DNA of 64,000 nucleotides. Source: Selaginella moellendorffii. Lineage: Eukaryota > Plantae > Lycopodiophyta. The translations under genes and the position numbers were made by a program. This document shows positions 12,815-26,162 of this stretch, piece by piece. Under the pieces are notes generated by a model, which was not told the origin of the DNA, made no database searches, and was given only the letters and a program-made list of their open reading frames with translations. Positions within the stretch are counted from its first letter, which is position 1, and each line of letters opens with the position of its first letter. The stretch covers positions 972,952-1,036,951 of the forward strand of contig NW_003314307.1 in the NCBI RefSeq assembly GCF_000143415.4. The letters run 5' to 3'.

Positions 12815-12962
12815 ATAAAAATAAACATGCCAAAGAAATTTAAAAAAAAAATAGATTGAACAATTATAATTACAACTACATTTTTTCAAATTGAAATATT
12901 CTCTACTACTCCCAGCGGAGCTGGGATCCTTGCTGACTAATTAATTCTATAATGACTAGGTC

Positions 12963-13307
12963 GTCTATATAGAATGACTGTATATAAAGACAACGAGCCA
13001 GTCTATACCAAAAATCCCTTTACCATGCCATCCCATTAACTGCTCTTACCTCTGGAATGCCCAAATAATATACCAAATTGAGGAATATGATTAAGCTGTG
13101 TTGAATAATTCTTTTAAGCTTTGAGTCCAAGCTTGTATTATTCTATTCCAGTAAACCATTTAAGAAATAGTGTTTGGTTGCAATCACTAAGTAAAAACTA
13201 AATAAACCAAGTGCTTGTTACATATTGAACTTAAGCAAGTTTTATTAAATTGTTCTCTTTTTAAAATTAGCATCTAACTATCCCAGCGGAGCTGGGTTCC
13301 CTGCTAG
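12963..13307 (+). mobile_element. Short non-autonomous Helitron B with a canonical Helitron 3' terminus
   Basis: Hairpin CCCAGC-GGA-GCTGGG at 13282-13296, a 7-nt spacer, CTAG at 13304-13307, then T. The 5' part shares TATATA..GACAACGAGCCA with 7310-7348. Confidence 0.65.
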
Positions 13308-13385
13308 TTGTATTTATTAGCTTAAAACTTTTGAGAATATTCTCTACCTTTGTACCCTAGATGCGCTTAGGGCTCTTGGTTCGCC

Positions 13386-14696
13386 ATGGATGCCCTGGCC
13401 AAGGCGAAGGAATTCGAGAGCAAGGCGGATCGCAAGCTCAAGGGCTGGGGGCTCTTTGGGAACAAGTATGAGGATACAGTGGAGCTCTTGCAGCAAGCTG
13501 CGAATCACTACAAGGTCGCCAAATCATGTAAGTTTTGGGAGCCAGATCTCCGCGCATCTTTCTCAATCCAGGGTTTTTCCAGGGGACAAGGCCGCCAATT
13601 GCTTCGTCAGGGTCGCCGAGATGCACGTCAAGCTCGATAGTCGATACGAGGCCGCCACGAGCTACGTTGATGCGGCCAAGTGCTACATGAAAAACAAGCC
13701 ACAAGGTAAAATAGCGCATTCTTCTCCGCATCACACTGCTTCGTTTCTTTGTTTTCCTTTCCTTTAGATGCGATCAATGCGCTCAATACCGCGACTAATA
13801 TTTTCTTGGAGATGGGAAAGCTATCGATCGCTGCGAAGCATTTCAAGGTACCTTCTATCAATTCCTTTGTAATGTTCTTGGTCAGCTTAACGCGTTTTTT
13901 TACTTTTTTTTTTTCCAACTTTTTTAGGATGTGGGAGAATTGTACGAAAAGGAAGAAAAGTGGCAGGAAGCTATGGAAAGCTATGAAAAAGCTGCCGACT
14001 TTTATCAAGGAGAAGAAGTGACGAGCTCCGCGAACCAATGTAAACTAAAGGTTGCTCAATTTGCATCCCAACTCGAGCTGTAAGCTAGAAATGTCTCTTT
14101 TTTCGCTTGTTTTCCTCTTATCTCTCTTTTTTCTTTTTGCAGATATCCAAAAGCTATTGAGGTGTACGAGACAGTGGCCAAAGACTCGATGGGAAACAAT
14201 CTCTTGAAGTACAGCGTCAAGGGGTATTTGCTGAGCGCTGGTTTGTGCCATCTCTGTAGTGCTGATCATATAGCCATCCAAAATGCCATCGAGAGATACG
14301 AGGTACCAAAGTTTTTGCTCCAGGAGTTCTGTCTAAATCATGAAACTTTGCAGGACTTGGATCCAACATTTTCGAACACGCGAGAGCACAAGTTTCTTAA
14401 GGTGAGAAACGTGTTTTTTTTCTCCCTCCCTCTCCTTTTACAATTCCCGATGGATCGCAGGATCTAGCCGAGGCGATCGAGCAAGAGGATGTCGAGAAGT
14501 TTACAGACGTTGTCAAGGAATTTGATAGCATGACTCGACTGGTATGTTTGTGATCTTTTCTCTCTGTCGACGTTGTTTCTTCGTCCTCACTCGATCATTT
14601 TTTTGTATTTTCAAGGATGGCTGGAAGACCACAATGCTGCTGCGAGCGAAGAATGCTATGAAGGCCAAGATTGACGAAGATGATGATCTCACATAG
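13386..14696 (+). CDS. ASNAP: Alpha-soluble NSF attachment protein (alpha-SNAP), 9 exons
   Basis: [47 protein letters not shown] and C-terminal DEDDDLT*, with GT-AG introns. Confidence 0.95.
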
Positions 14697-14959
14697 AGAT
14701 GTGACAATCCCCTTTGATTGATATATATATAGCGTTGTGACTTTGTGTTCGCTTGTTAAAGTGTAAAGTGGTCTTGGGTTCGAATCTTTTCCTAGCAAAT
14801 ATCTCTCAAAAGCCCTAAACCACTGGGCAGCACATTGCCCTTATCCGCGACCGCGAGGGCTCCTCTCTTTCGGGTACGTGATTCTTGGTCTAGATTCAAG
14901 CGCGCGGCGCCACATTCGCAGCTGGAGTAATCGATTGAGCGCGCGCCGCCACTCCAGGG

Positions 14960-16267
14960 ATGGGAAGCACCAAGGAATGGTCGGGCATTAACCAATTCCC
15001 CGTTGCTACGCAGACTGCGCTCCACGGGCTGCTTGGCAAGGTCCGGCAACAGGTTAGTTCTTCCAGGAATTTCTTTCTTGCGGGTGCTTGAGAATTTCGC
15101 TTCCTCCTCGCAGAATGTGGATAGCATGACTGTTCTAGTGCTTGGAAAAGGTGGAGTTGGAAAAAGCTCTACGGTGAATTCTATAATTGGTGAGAGAGTA
15201 GCAGCCGTGAGCGCCTTTCAGGTAAATTCTACTCTTTCATTTCGCGCATTCTCAAAATCGACTTTTTCTTTCTCCAGTCGGAGACTTTGAGGCCGCTCTT
15301 CGTTTCACGGTCCAGAGCTGGATTTACTTTGAACATTATCGACACTCCCGGTTTGATCGAAGGTGGATGGGTGAATGACCAAGCACTAGAGATTATCAAG
15401 AGGTTTGTAAGATTGTTCTCTCCTTCGTTTTTGGAGGTGACACTTTCTTCTTTCCCAGGTTTCTCATGGACAAAACTATTGATGTGGTTTTGTATGTGGA
15501 CCGGCTCGATGGTTACCGAGTTGATAGCCTCGACAAACAAGTCATCAGGGCCATCACTCGTAGCTTCGGTCCTCAAATCTGGAAGCTTTGTTTGCTGGTG
15601 TTAACTCACGCACAGCTTCCTCCTCCGGACGGTGCTAGCTATGACGACTACGTGCAGCAGAGATCCGAGGGGCTCTTAGCGGCTATAAGGCATGAAGCTG
15701 GCTTCAAGAAAACCGATCCCGACGTATGTAACGCTGGACCTTTTCATCCTTGTTCTTCTATGGTTTAGCTGATTTGTTCTCTTTCAGATACCTTACGCTC
15801 TCGTGGAAAATAGTGGGCGTTGCAGCACTAATGCTGGTGGTGAAAAGGTAACCATTTTTCTTTCTCAAAGTCACTCTTTTTGATAAACTCTTTGCAGATT
15901 CTTCCAAATGGAACCGTGTGGGTTCCAAACCTGGTGGGACGGCTCGTGCAAGTGGTGACCAACGAGCACCCATCACTGCTGGTGGACAAGAAGCTCATCG
16001 AGGGTCCCAACGCGAATAACAGGGGGAAGCTTTGGATCCCGCTGGTGCTGCTCGCACAGGTAATGTGTAATGCTTTCGCTTCTCCAAAGTCACCCTGAAA
16101 GTTTTTTCCTTTCGATCGATTGGCAGTATTTCTTGGTGGTGCGACCGATCCGAAAAGCCATCGAGAACGATATCCAGGAAGAAACCCGCCGAAAGCCCGC
16201 CTGGGAAACTTTCGTGGATGACTATAACAGCTTGAACGAGATCAATGCCAGCCGGAGGGGGCGCTAG
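14960..16267 (+). CDS. TOC34: Translocon at the outer chloroplast envelope 34 kDa GTPase
   Basis: MGSTKEWSGINQFPVATQ, GKGGVGKSSTVNS, IIDTPGLIEGG, LYVDRLDGYRVD, LVENSGRC, LIEGPNAN and a C-terminal TM segment. Confidence 0.95.
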
Positions 16268-16403
16268 AAGAGAAAATTTTTGTTTAAGCATATCGAATAT
16301 TCTTGAAGGTTTGATGTGAGCCGTCGATTACAGGCTTTCGATCCTGGTCGTTTATGAGGAATATACGTGTAACGGCTTTCGCACGAGAATATTATCTAGG
16401 GCA

Positions 16404-17247
16404 ATGTCGGTGGTGTTGTGCTGCACGCACGGCCGCTTGGAGATCGATCTCTTCCTGGAGGATGCGCCAAGGTAGGGCAGCATCGATCGCGCGCAGGGTT
16501 TTGATGATCGCGGTGCCTCGCGCAGGACTTGCCGGAATTTTTTGGAGCTTTGCAAGGCGGGATACTACGATGGGATCACATTTCACGTAATCTCGCTCGT
16601 TCTTTCATCCTCAGCTCTAGTCTCTGAGTGTTCTTCCTCTTCCGCAGAAGATCGTTCCACGGTTTATGTGCCAGACCGGCGATCCCTCAGGCAAGATCGT
16701 GAAATTCTTGCTAGGAGAAATTCTAACTATAATCTCCTGGCAGGCACTGGGAGAGGAGGCTACTCGATCTATGGGGCTCGATTTGACGATGAGATTTCCG
16801 CCAGGCACAACCACGACGCGACAGGGATAGTCTCCATGGCAAATTTTGGTCGCAACACAAATGCTTCCCAGTTTTTCATTCTCTTCAAGCCCGTGAGTGT
16901 CGATTTTTTTCTTTCTATTCTCTTTGGATCGTCTAAATCCTTTGCAGCATTGAAGCACAGAGCCCGCATCTGGATGGAAAGCACACGGTGTTTGGGAAAG
17001 TGAGGGAGAACTCGCTCGTGGTTTTGGACAAGATGCAGCTGGTCAAAGTGAAGAAGAACAACGTGCCAGTGGAACCAGTGAAGTTGTAAGCGCTGATTCT
17101 TTTCCATTTCTCGATTGATCAGGGTGCTTTCACAGATATGTTGCTGAGGTTTTGGAAGATCCATGGGAAGGAGAATCGCTCCCAGCTGATGCGTGGATTC
17201 CTCCCAAACCTCTTATTGGATCCAAGCACATATGTTGCATCCAATAG
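16404..17247 (+). CDS. Single-domain cyclophilin (PPIL1/PPIL3-like) with C-terminal CCIQ
   Basis: [56 protein letters not shown] and [10 protein letters not shown]. Six exons, one GC-AG intron (16691-16743). Confidence 0.9.
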
Positions 17248-17518
17248 CTCCAAGTACAGTTTCTTTGCTCGCTTCTATTTCATCAGGAACGTTTTTCCTT
17301 CTTTTCTTGTAGTTTCAGCTGATAAGAGTCAGATTTGCACGATCCAAATCATAGTAAGCGCGACTTTTTCCATTTCTTCACATCTAAACGATCACATGAA
17401 CAGGAAATCCAAAACTGCTCCACAAAACAACGCAAATTCTAGACAACATCTACGTCTACCACGAACCAACGATTATTTAGCTCCAAACCTTCTTCTGATC
17501 GATCCATCCATCCATCGC

Positions 17519-18590
17519 TTAAGCTGCTGAAGACGAGTTAAAGCTCTCCTCTTTCTCATCGTATCGATCCCTGACCCCCGCATCTGTTGTTACTGTAGTC
17601 TCGTCCTCTGAGTCGTGTTCTTGTCCAGCCTTCTTCGCCGATTTGTCCTCTCGATCCCTTTCGTCTTTCTCATCGCTCGTCTCCGCTCCGGGAAGAGCTT
17701 CCTGTCCCTTCTTCTCGTCACCACCACCCTTGCGTTCCTCGAAATCTTTCTTATCCTTGTGTTCCTCGGAAACTTTCTGATCGTCTTTCTCCCCGAGGCT
17801 TGTCTTTGTCTCATCACTGCCCTTGTACTTCTTCTCGTCCCCCTCCATCTCCATACCGACGCTTGAATCGTCCACCACCTTGTCCTCCTTTTTGGGCTTG
17901 ACGGCTCCGACTCTGGGATACTTGCTGGCGAATTTGCTCTCCCAATCCTTGAGAACTTCGAGCTGCTGGCTGCTCAATCCATCCAGATCACCGCAGAGAT
18001 CACCCTCGTCAAAACTCATCTTCGCCAAAGCGCGGCTGGCATCTCTTCCAGCGAAAACGGCATAAGGCCCACCAGGCCCGTAGAAATCCCTGCAAAGATA
18101 AGCAATAGTATCACCAAGCACGAAAAGGAAAGAAGAAAAATGCAGCTCTGATCGATCAAGAAAGGAAAAGCTGATCCATCAATCTAAGCACGAAGAAGAA
18201 AAGAGAGCTGTGACAGTACCTGGCAGAAGAAACGTTGTAAATCCTTCCCTTGATCGCCATGAGCAGCGGCTTGCTCGAATCCTTCCCATCGTACGCCGCG
18301 AGCTCCAAGAGAGTGACCTGATCCCCGAGCTCCACGATCGAGGGAGGATCCACCGCTGCTGCTGCCGCCGCGGCCGCCTCCTCCTCCTCCTCCTCGATGA
18401 TGGCCGAGAGGGGAGCGGCGCCGATTTGCGATGGAGCAAGAATCCCAGAGACGAGGTAATACGCACCAAGAAGCAGCGCGATGATGGTGAAGAGCACGAT
18501 GGGCGGGAGGCCCGTGTGGGATTCGATGTAATCCATCCCCTGGGCGGCCAGGGAGCTCATGTTGTGCGCCATCTCGCGGAGCTGATCCAT
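17519..18590 (-). CDS. MSBP: Membrane steroid-binding protein (cytochrome b5-like heme/steroid domain), 2 exons
   Basis: N-terminal TM, then ELAAYDGKDSSKPLLMAIKGRIYNVS, FYGPGGPYAVFAGRDASRALAKMS and DWESKFASKYPRVG, with a long charged tail. Confidence 0.93.
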
Positions 18591-18880
18591 CGTTATCCGC
18601 GTTGCTGGAGACGAGAGAGAGTGAGATGGAGGAGAAAATGTGGTGGCGCCCTCTCACTGGCAAAAGCGACCAAGCTCTTCCTCCTCCGCCCTAGGTTTTC
18701 TTTGAGAAACTCAAACAACCTGACACGTGTAACCATGTAACGCATGGAATAGAAAGAAATGTAATGCGATTCGCATGGGTACAATACAGTAAACATTGAA
18801 AGCATTTGCTATGATTTTAAAAGATCGTAAATAATAGCTAGAATATAAATATGAAACTAGTTTTATGTTAATCAAACTAA

Positions 18881-18885
18881 GCGGG

Positions 18886-18928
<43 letters not shown>

Positions 18929-18953
18929 GCGTGTTCGACCCACGCTCACCGCA
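18881..18953 (+). tRNA. trnF-GAA: tRNA-Phe (GAA)
   Basis: GCGGGGATAGCTCAGTTGGGAGAGCGTCAGACTGAAGATCTGAAGGTCGCGTGTTCGACCCACGCTCACCGCA is 73 nt, forms a cloverleaf and has anticodon GAA. Confidence 0.98.
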
Positions 18954-19173
18954 TTTAATAATATGCTTAGATCACTAATAACGTTATTTAATTTAAAATC
19001 TGTAGTTTTCATTTTAAATAACTGTTGTCACTACTTAAAAAAACAATTAAATTTTTCTTTAGTTGGTTACAAACAGCAAAGAAAAGAGCAAGAAATTAGC
19101 GCGCGAGTGCGTACTACTCCCATGTCAAAAGTCTCCAGTTTTACCGTGAATGGATTCTTGTGTTTTTCCTGTT

Positions 19174-21058
19174 CTAGATGTTGAAGGAGGTGACGTGCTT
19201 TGGCGTGGCGACGATGAGCGGCGCTTCCGGCGATTTCCCAGTGACGAAGTTGTCGTGCATGAACATACTGTCCACGATGTTGTCCTCCTTTGGCACAATC
19301 TTGTAGCAGTAGCAGCTCTTGAGCCCCTCCCCCGCGTTCTTGTAGCAATTGTGCTGGCTCTGCTTCACGCGCTTGAAATCCCAGATCACGGTGTAGTTCC
19401 CCACGCTCACCACCAGATGCCTCTCCTCCCTTCCACCCTCCGTCACCTGAGACAGCAGCAAACCAAAGCGATGAGCGAATCCAAGCAACTCAAGAGGAAA
19501 GAAAGACGAACGAACAACTTACCCAGGAGAAGTGACCACCGTGGAACTTCTGGTTCTTCCCAGCGGCAAACGCGTCCACCGGCGTGAGCTTGAGCAGCCG
19601 CGGCGTCGCCAGCTTGTGCCCCTTGCTGCCCATCCGCCCCGTGAAGCCCGTCTTCATGGATCCATCCTTGTCGATGAACAGCGTGCTCATGAGGATGAGA
19701 TACGTGTCCGTGGTTCCCAGCACCCAGTGTCCATCGTAAGTCACATCCACATGAGTGATCGGCGAGCCCAGCCCCGGGAACGCTGTTTTAGCCTGCCGCA
19801 TCGACGTCTTCCCGTAGAGCCGGATCTTTCCATCCTTGGATCCCACCACCACGGCTCCATCTCCGGTGGAAGCAAAGCACTGGAAGTTCGTGCCCCTCGC
19901 AAACTGATGACCCTCGTTCCAATTCAACACCGGGCTCGCGATGTCCTGGACGATTCCGTGTCGGTCTCTCATGTCCCACCGACAGAGCCTGTTGTCGTCG
20001 AGGCCGAGGAAGGTCGAGAGCGACGAGTCGAGCTGAGCCGACTTGCTGTCGTTGGTCACGTCCCGCATGGTGATGGGAGTGCCATCCTTCTCAAACTTCC
20101 ACTCGGCCACCGTCTTGCCCGACTCGAGATCCAGCTGCCGGACGTTCGTGGAGTGGTTCTTGCCATCTTTCGCCGGGCTGAGCAGCATCATGTTTGCCTC
20201 CCCCCGGATGAGCATCGCCTTCTTGGGTGTGCTGAACGAGTCGGAGCTCGAGCCGCCCAGGCGGACGGACGCCTTCTTGCCTTGCAGCCCCGTGGGTGTG
20301 TTTCGAAACGCCTCGACCCGGCTGTCGCTCACCAGGAAGCTGTTGTCTTTGGCACCCAGCGCGAGGCTGCGAATCCCTTCGTTGAGCTCGTCGATGTAAG
20401 TCTGCTTGAGATCTTTAACCTGTCCCTGCTCTAGAGTCTCTTCCGCGTCCTCCCAGATGGACTCATCAGCGTCCTGTGGCTTCACCCAGCCGATGAAGTC
20501 CTTCCCAAACACCTTCACCTTGTTCTCCTCGGTCGCCTCGAGCTGGTAGCTGTTCTCGAAGACGCAGTTGTGGTACTCGGTGGTGAAGTCCTTGTAGTCC
20601 TCCTGGGATGGGAAGCGCATCGCCCACACACCTTGGAAGACGAAGTCGACTCGCTGCTGGTCCGAGTAGAACTTCATCTGGAGCCTCTGGTCGACCTTAG
20701 CTCGGATCCTCGTCCCCACGCACAGCAGCCAGTGATCAAAGTGGCCACTCCCTTCGGCCTCGTCCATGTACTCGTCATCGTCGACCTCGCTGCCTTCTTG
20801 GAGCTCGCTCTCGCGCATAAACTCCCATGGCACCAGCTTCTCCGCGACGACCCACTTGGTCTTGGCCGAGATGTAGTGGTAGAGCTTTACCTTTTGGGAG
20901 CCCGGCTGTGGAGGCCGCGATGGAGTCCTTGGCCCGGTTTTCTCCTTGTCGGAGCGGGCGCTGTGATAGCTCCCCTGTGACGAGGAGGAATTCTCCTCCT
21001 CCTCCTCCTCGGCCTCGGAATCGTCCAGCCGCCCTTCCCTGCTCTCGCTAGCGCCCAT
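19174..21058 (-). CDS. DEM/CYPRO4/VID27-like protein (PH-like domain plus WD-like propeller), 2 exons
   Basis: MGASES start (myristoylation-like), [40 protein letters not shown] and [16 protein letters not shown]. Confidence 0.92.
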
Positions 21059-22056
21059 CTCTACTCTACTACCCTCAAACCCTAGCGACGAACAGCTGCC
21101 CCGATGCGATTATTCCTTCTCCCCTGGGGCGTGAGCTCTCCGCAATGCGAAATGCGCCGGGTCCCTGTCAGCGACTCGCCACAGACTCCACGGCCTGGAG
21201 AAGATCTGTGGCCGCTGCGAAGGCGGCCGGCGCTGGAATCTCCTGGCGCCGAGGAAATCCCTGTGCTTTCGATCGATCTTGCAAGAACGCGCAAGAACAC
21301 GCTCTCTCTCTTACTCTCTTCTCTCTCTTCTCTTTCCAAGACCCGTTTGAACCTCCTCGTACGAAAGCGCTCCAGGCCGTACACGTGGCACGATCTGGGC
21401 TAGTGCGTGAAAAAGCTACATGTGGCGGATATAAAAAGCCCACCGCCTCAATGAGCCCTAACCTAGGTTAAAAGAAAAGGGTCCTTTTAATTATCAATCT
21501 AATTACTCTATGCTGGATGGATTATGCTATGGATTACCACGCTCCATGTTCTTCAATCTTAAATTTAAGTTCCAACCATTTCATAATCATGAAATCCTTC
21601 AGCATTCATGGCAGAATATCTATCTATATGATGTTTTGTGGTGCTGATGGATGCTGAGACCATGAGACTGATGGATGCAAAATGCAAGGGTTTGTGAGTT
21701 TTGTTTTGCGCTTTATGCTTCATACTCTTCAAGCTCCAAGCATGTAGTCTTCAAGCTCTAAAAGTAGGCTTCACTTTGTAGGCTTCACCTTGCTCTTGCT
21801 CTTCCTAGCTCTTTTTGGTTTCAGTGGACTAGCCTCTTGGCAATAACCTTGGCTTAATCTTGGCTGTTTCAAGAGGCTAGAGGACCATCCTGTTTCTATG
21901 AACCCAGAATTCAACTGAAATTGCGCCTTGGAAAAGGTAATTACTGTGAGAATAAAAACCCAAAGCTATGCTGTAGTCATCCATCAAATTTATGTTTGAA
22001 GAATAGCTGTGAGATCAAAACGAGGAAACATTTAAGAAAGTGTCACATTGTCGATG

Positions 22057-22228
22057 AGGTTTATAATTGAACTCCATCTGAAGTGAATCTTGGGCACATA
22101 CACACACACACTCGGGATCTTTCCAATGAAACTACAACATGCTGCATAGTGATTTGTGTGATCTTTTTCCCGGAAAATTGCAATTTCTCACAATCCCATT
22201 GATGCTGTCACAAGTTGCATCAGCTTCA
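22057..22228 (+). repeat. Dispersed direct repeat (about 170 bp), second copy at 29432-29612
   Basis: Both copies share ttataattgaactc, catctgaagtga, gtgatttgtgtgat, aatcccattgatg and catcagcttca in the same order. Confidence 0.8.
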
Positions 22229-22475
22229 TAGCGCCTGCGCCTTCACAGCAGTTGAAGGAGAAAGCAAGTGCAAGAAGTAAATTGCAAGTGTTTTCATGAC
22301 TCTCATTGCTAAATTAATCGCTAGATTAAGGTTGTCTGATACTGGAGATTGTATACTCCGTCAGTCTTAATTTCCAAAAGAGCAAGTCAATGTAAACAAC
22401 AATTGGCTGGCCAAGCAAAGTTCAAGATACTACACGAGAGAAATATAAAAAAGAAAAGCCCTTCGCAGCTCTCTT

Positions 22476-22796
22476 CTAAGGATTATTCTCAGAATTCTTA
22501 CAGGTTTCACCAAGAGGCTTCCGCTTCGCTTTAGGGCCAAATTCAGCCTCCAGCTGCTTGTAACACTCTTGAAGAATGCGTATGTGATCTGGGTTGGCAT
22601 TGGCACTGAGCGCATCGATATGCTCTTTCGTCACTCTCTTGGACAGATTCTTGATCCGCTCGTTGTAGAAGAGCTCGTCCTCCCATGGATCGGTGCCATC
22701 CTCCCAGTTATGCGCCCTCTCCAGCTTCCTCCGCTCCTCCCTCCTCCTTTCCTTCTCCTTCATCGTCGCCTCATCCATCCCCCATCGATTCGCCAT
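22476..22796 (-). CDS. Orphan small intronless protein (106 aa), paralogue of 33312-33614
   Basis: MANRWG..ERRKLERAHNWEDGTDPWEDELFYNERIKNLSKR. The frame is open in both copies. An upstream in-frame ATG exists at 22916. Confidence 0.6.
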   Translation of the reverse strand: MANRWGMDEATMKEKERRREERRKLERAHNWEDGTDPWEDELFYNERIKNLSKRVTKEHIDALSANANPDHIRILQECYKQLEAEFGPKAKRKPLGETCKNSENNP

Positions 22797-25700
22797 AGCC
22801 TTGAAAAAAAACCCTGGCCTTTTATGCTCCACGTATCTATAGGAGAAAAAGGGCAAAAAGGCTCTAAGCTGATCCATCTTTGCTAGGAGCTCGAAAGCGC
22901 TCTCCATTTGCTGCATGAGTTATGAACTGCCATGTACCGGATGGGAATTTGATCAAAGATCTCCCGATAATTCCATGAGCGTCTAGATAATATATGCTTT
23001 TTGGAGGGTCTTGCAGCATGGCATGGGACTATGGGGTTGAGAATATATAATTTGAGGCACAGTAGAACACGTCGAATTTGACATGTCCCTTTGTTTCACT
23101 CGAGGGAGCAAACTTGAGTTTTCTAAGTGCAGTTTATATTTATTTAAGAATTTTTAAATTGAATGTGCTATTTGTTTTACATTTTTGACATAATAATATA
23201 TCCTATTCTTCCTCATCCTTAATTTCTTCCCCTCATGTGTAGACGTCCTCACCTTTGTCAAATCCACGCTAGCAGGAGATCAGCAACATCTAAACAACTA
23301 TCAAAGCTAGCACCCATCCTAGACAAGAGTGGTAACACATACCTGGTGATGCATTTAGCTGGTGGCTCTGGCCCTCTACTTATGATTGATCTGCCCCCAC
23401 CTAATTTTACTTAACTGGGCATCTGCTGTGAACACAAGACCCCTCATCCCTCATCCTTCATTCTGTTTGTTTACGACCAGCGCATGACAGGCCATGGCCA
23501 AAAGCGTGAGAAGCAAGCACATCACCCATCTCAAATCCTTATGTGGGAACAAGTCCACAACCTTCATTGTATTTCTGCCATGCAAACCATTCTTAACAGT
23601 TGGGTTTTTTTTTATCTCAAATGTCATGGTGGCACTTTCAACAAGTATGTGTCGACTCAATGGCCATTTGCATCTACAACCCATAAGAACAAAATCCCAG
23701 TGAAGTAATATTGAAAAACAAGAAAAAACTGTAACCCTCATTGGTGGGAAAATGGGTTGTTTAAGAGGTGAAGCCAATCATAAGACTTAGCACACTTCTT
23801 CTATTGAAAAAATTTAAGTCCATTAGTAGAGAGAGAGTTTCCCAAATAAATTTGGACCATGTAATGTGTAGAGAGTGATTCTAAAATGTGACCTTGCTTC
23901 AAAATTCAAAACCTCATGCACAGACATTTATAAAAAGATCTTAAGTATAATTTCCCACTTGAGAAAGTGGGAAATTTCTTTAAATATGAAAAAAGTAATA
24001 TCATGATTTTAATGGCTCTCATTTACAGTGGCCTAGGATCATGAGCTTACATACTGGCCTACTAACTACTCTAGGTCTAAAGGCTCTATGATTCTCAACT
24101 ACCAAAAATAAATTTTTTCTAAATATTCTATTCCTATGCCTGAAATATTTAAGTATATTCTTGGACATTCAAGTTTATGCATTCATCTTTGGCACTCAAA
24201 GCTGGAGATGCTAGATTCAAGACAGAGATAAACAAAGTTGCTAAAAGTATTTTAAATCAAGAATATTGGGGATTTGACACTTTTGTTATATTTTTCAATT
24301 AGAGTACAAAGTGGATTGGGTTTGTTATGGATAACTTGAAGAATATTTACTTTCTATTTGTAAAGGGGTGTAAAGAATATATCTAAACTATTTAAGTATT
24401 CTACTCAATTTAACTGTCAAGCTTTTATTTTGTTAAACTTTTCTCTACTTCATTTGTAATCATTGTTTCATTTATAGTTTGGACTTCTTGGGAGGTTACC
24501 ATTTTATATATAAAGAATATACCTAGAATATCTAAATGTATCCTAGAATAATTTCCAATTTAGTGATTAAATTTTCTTCTATTAAACTTTTTTCTAATTC
24601 ATGGTTTACCCATTTTATATGTAAATAATAAAATCATAATTATAAAAATTAGATATAAATTTAACCAAAAAAATTTGACCAAGAAAAGTTTAATAAAAAG
24701 ACTAAATATCCTAGAATTTATTTAAATATTCTCAAACTAAAGGATACTTAATTCCAAGGATCCTAAGACACTTGATCAATTAGAAATGGGGTATAGTGTA
24801 CTTATATCCATAAACCCTTTTTAAATGCTAATAAACCTTCTTTAATATTGTTTTTTTTTAATTGCTTATAATTTATTATATTTTCTTACAAATCCACATG
24901 TGAACAAAAGTTAAAAAGCACAACTCTCTTAAAAACCCCATTCAACATATTGTGTGATTCCCCTAATTAACCAATAGAAACCCTTCTGATATCAAATGTA
25001 ATTTTTTAGTTTGAAGTTTTTAATAAGTCAACTATCCCATTACCCAAACTTAATAATGTTTAATTTCATATATCCTAAACTCTAAAAAAAATGGAGAAAA
25101 AGGTGATCTACTTGGATTAGAGATAGACACTTTTATTTATTGGGCGTTTCCCTTTAAATATTCACTAGTACAAACTAATGTTTAAATTTCTGATTAAAGC
25201 TTTAAGTTTTAGAATTTAGAGCATAATCACTTACCACCAAGATATTATGTGAAAGAAACTAAGTATTGTTGAAGAGGAAATTTAGTTTACTTGGTATTTA
25301 AGCTTTATTTAGTAAAAACATACAAGAGCTACTTAGATATATATCTCATACTTAGCAATCTCCACATTCTCTAGGTTTGATATCATATTTGTTTAATATA
25401 AAACTGTAAGTGATTAAATTTTCTATTTTTGTTTAGTTGTTTAACCATACATCCAATTATTTGGAGGAGTCTCACTCATAACTTATATAAATCCTTATTT
25501 TAACTTGGGGTACTTACTACCCTTTAGTGGTGATTTCTCTAGTGGTCACCCAGCTCAGTACTATTCAAACCCAAGAATGCTTAACCTCAAATATCCCAAA
25601 ACCATTAACTAATTGGAAAAAAAAATGCACTCTTGTTTATAGGCACTTTCCCTCTATATTTGAACCTCATGGATATCTCTCAAATCATTATTTTTGGTTG

Positions 25701-26162
25701 CTTATACATATCTATTTTCATAATTTCATTAGTAATCCAAAACTATCTATGCCATAGTTTTATTCTCTGAAACTACACTATCCATCCATGACTGACCATC
25801 TTACATTCCTTAACATTCTTAGAATGTACGAAGACATAGAAAAACACCTCCAATATCCCATCTTTAATCCCCACCAATTCCTTCCTCATCTATAATAGTG
25901 GTCATTAATACTACTATTGCATTAAAATCCCATCCATTAAATTGTACTACTTCCTCACCTCGTTTAATTATTAATTAAGAAGACCATTTTTCCTTTTCAC
26001 AAACAAAGATTTTAAAATGACATTTTAAAACACCACAACCCAATGCAAAATAAATACCCTCCTCACCTTCTGCCATTGGAGTGCTTAACCATGTGGCTAA
26101 AGCAAAGTTCTAATAAATTACCCAAGATATTCCAATAAGTAATGTTCACCCATACTTGGATT

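Larger units (their letters stand above)
7308..12934 (+). mobile_element. Putative non-autonomous Helitron A carrying gene fragments and inverted repeats
   Basis: Starts TC(AT)n..GACAACGAGCCA and ends in the hairpin CCCAGC-GGA-GCTGGG (12911-12925) followed by a degenerate CTGA. The 5' boundary is inferred. Confidence 0.45.

Noticed and set aside
19532-20980. Long antisense or alternative-frame ORFs over the DEM-like gene (similarly over 37.5-38.5, 40.1-42.2, 44.4-45.1 and 59.6-60.2 kb)
   Set aside because: Shadows of GC3-rich coding sequence, with no motifs of their own.
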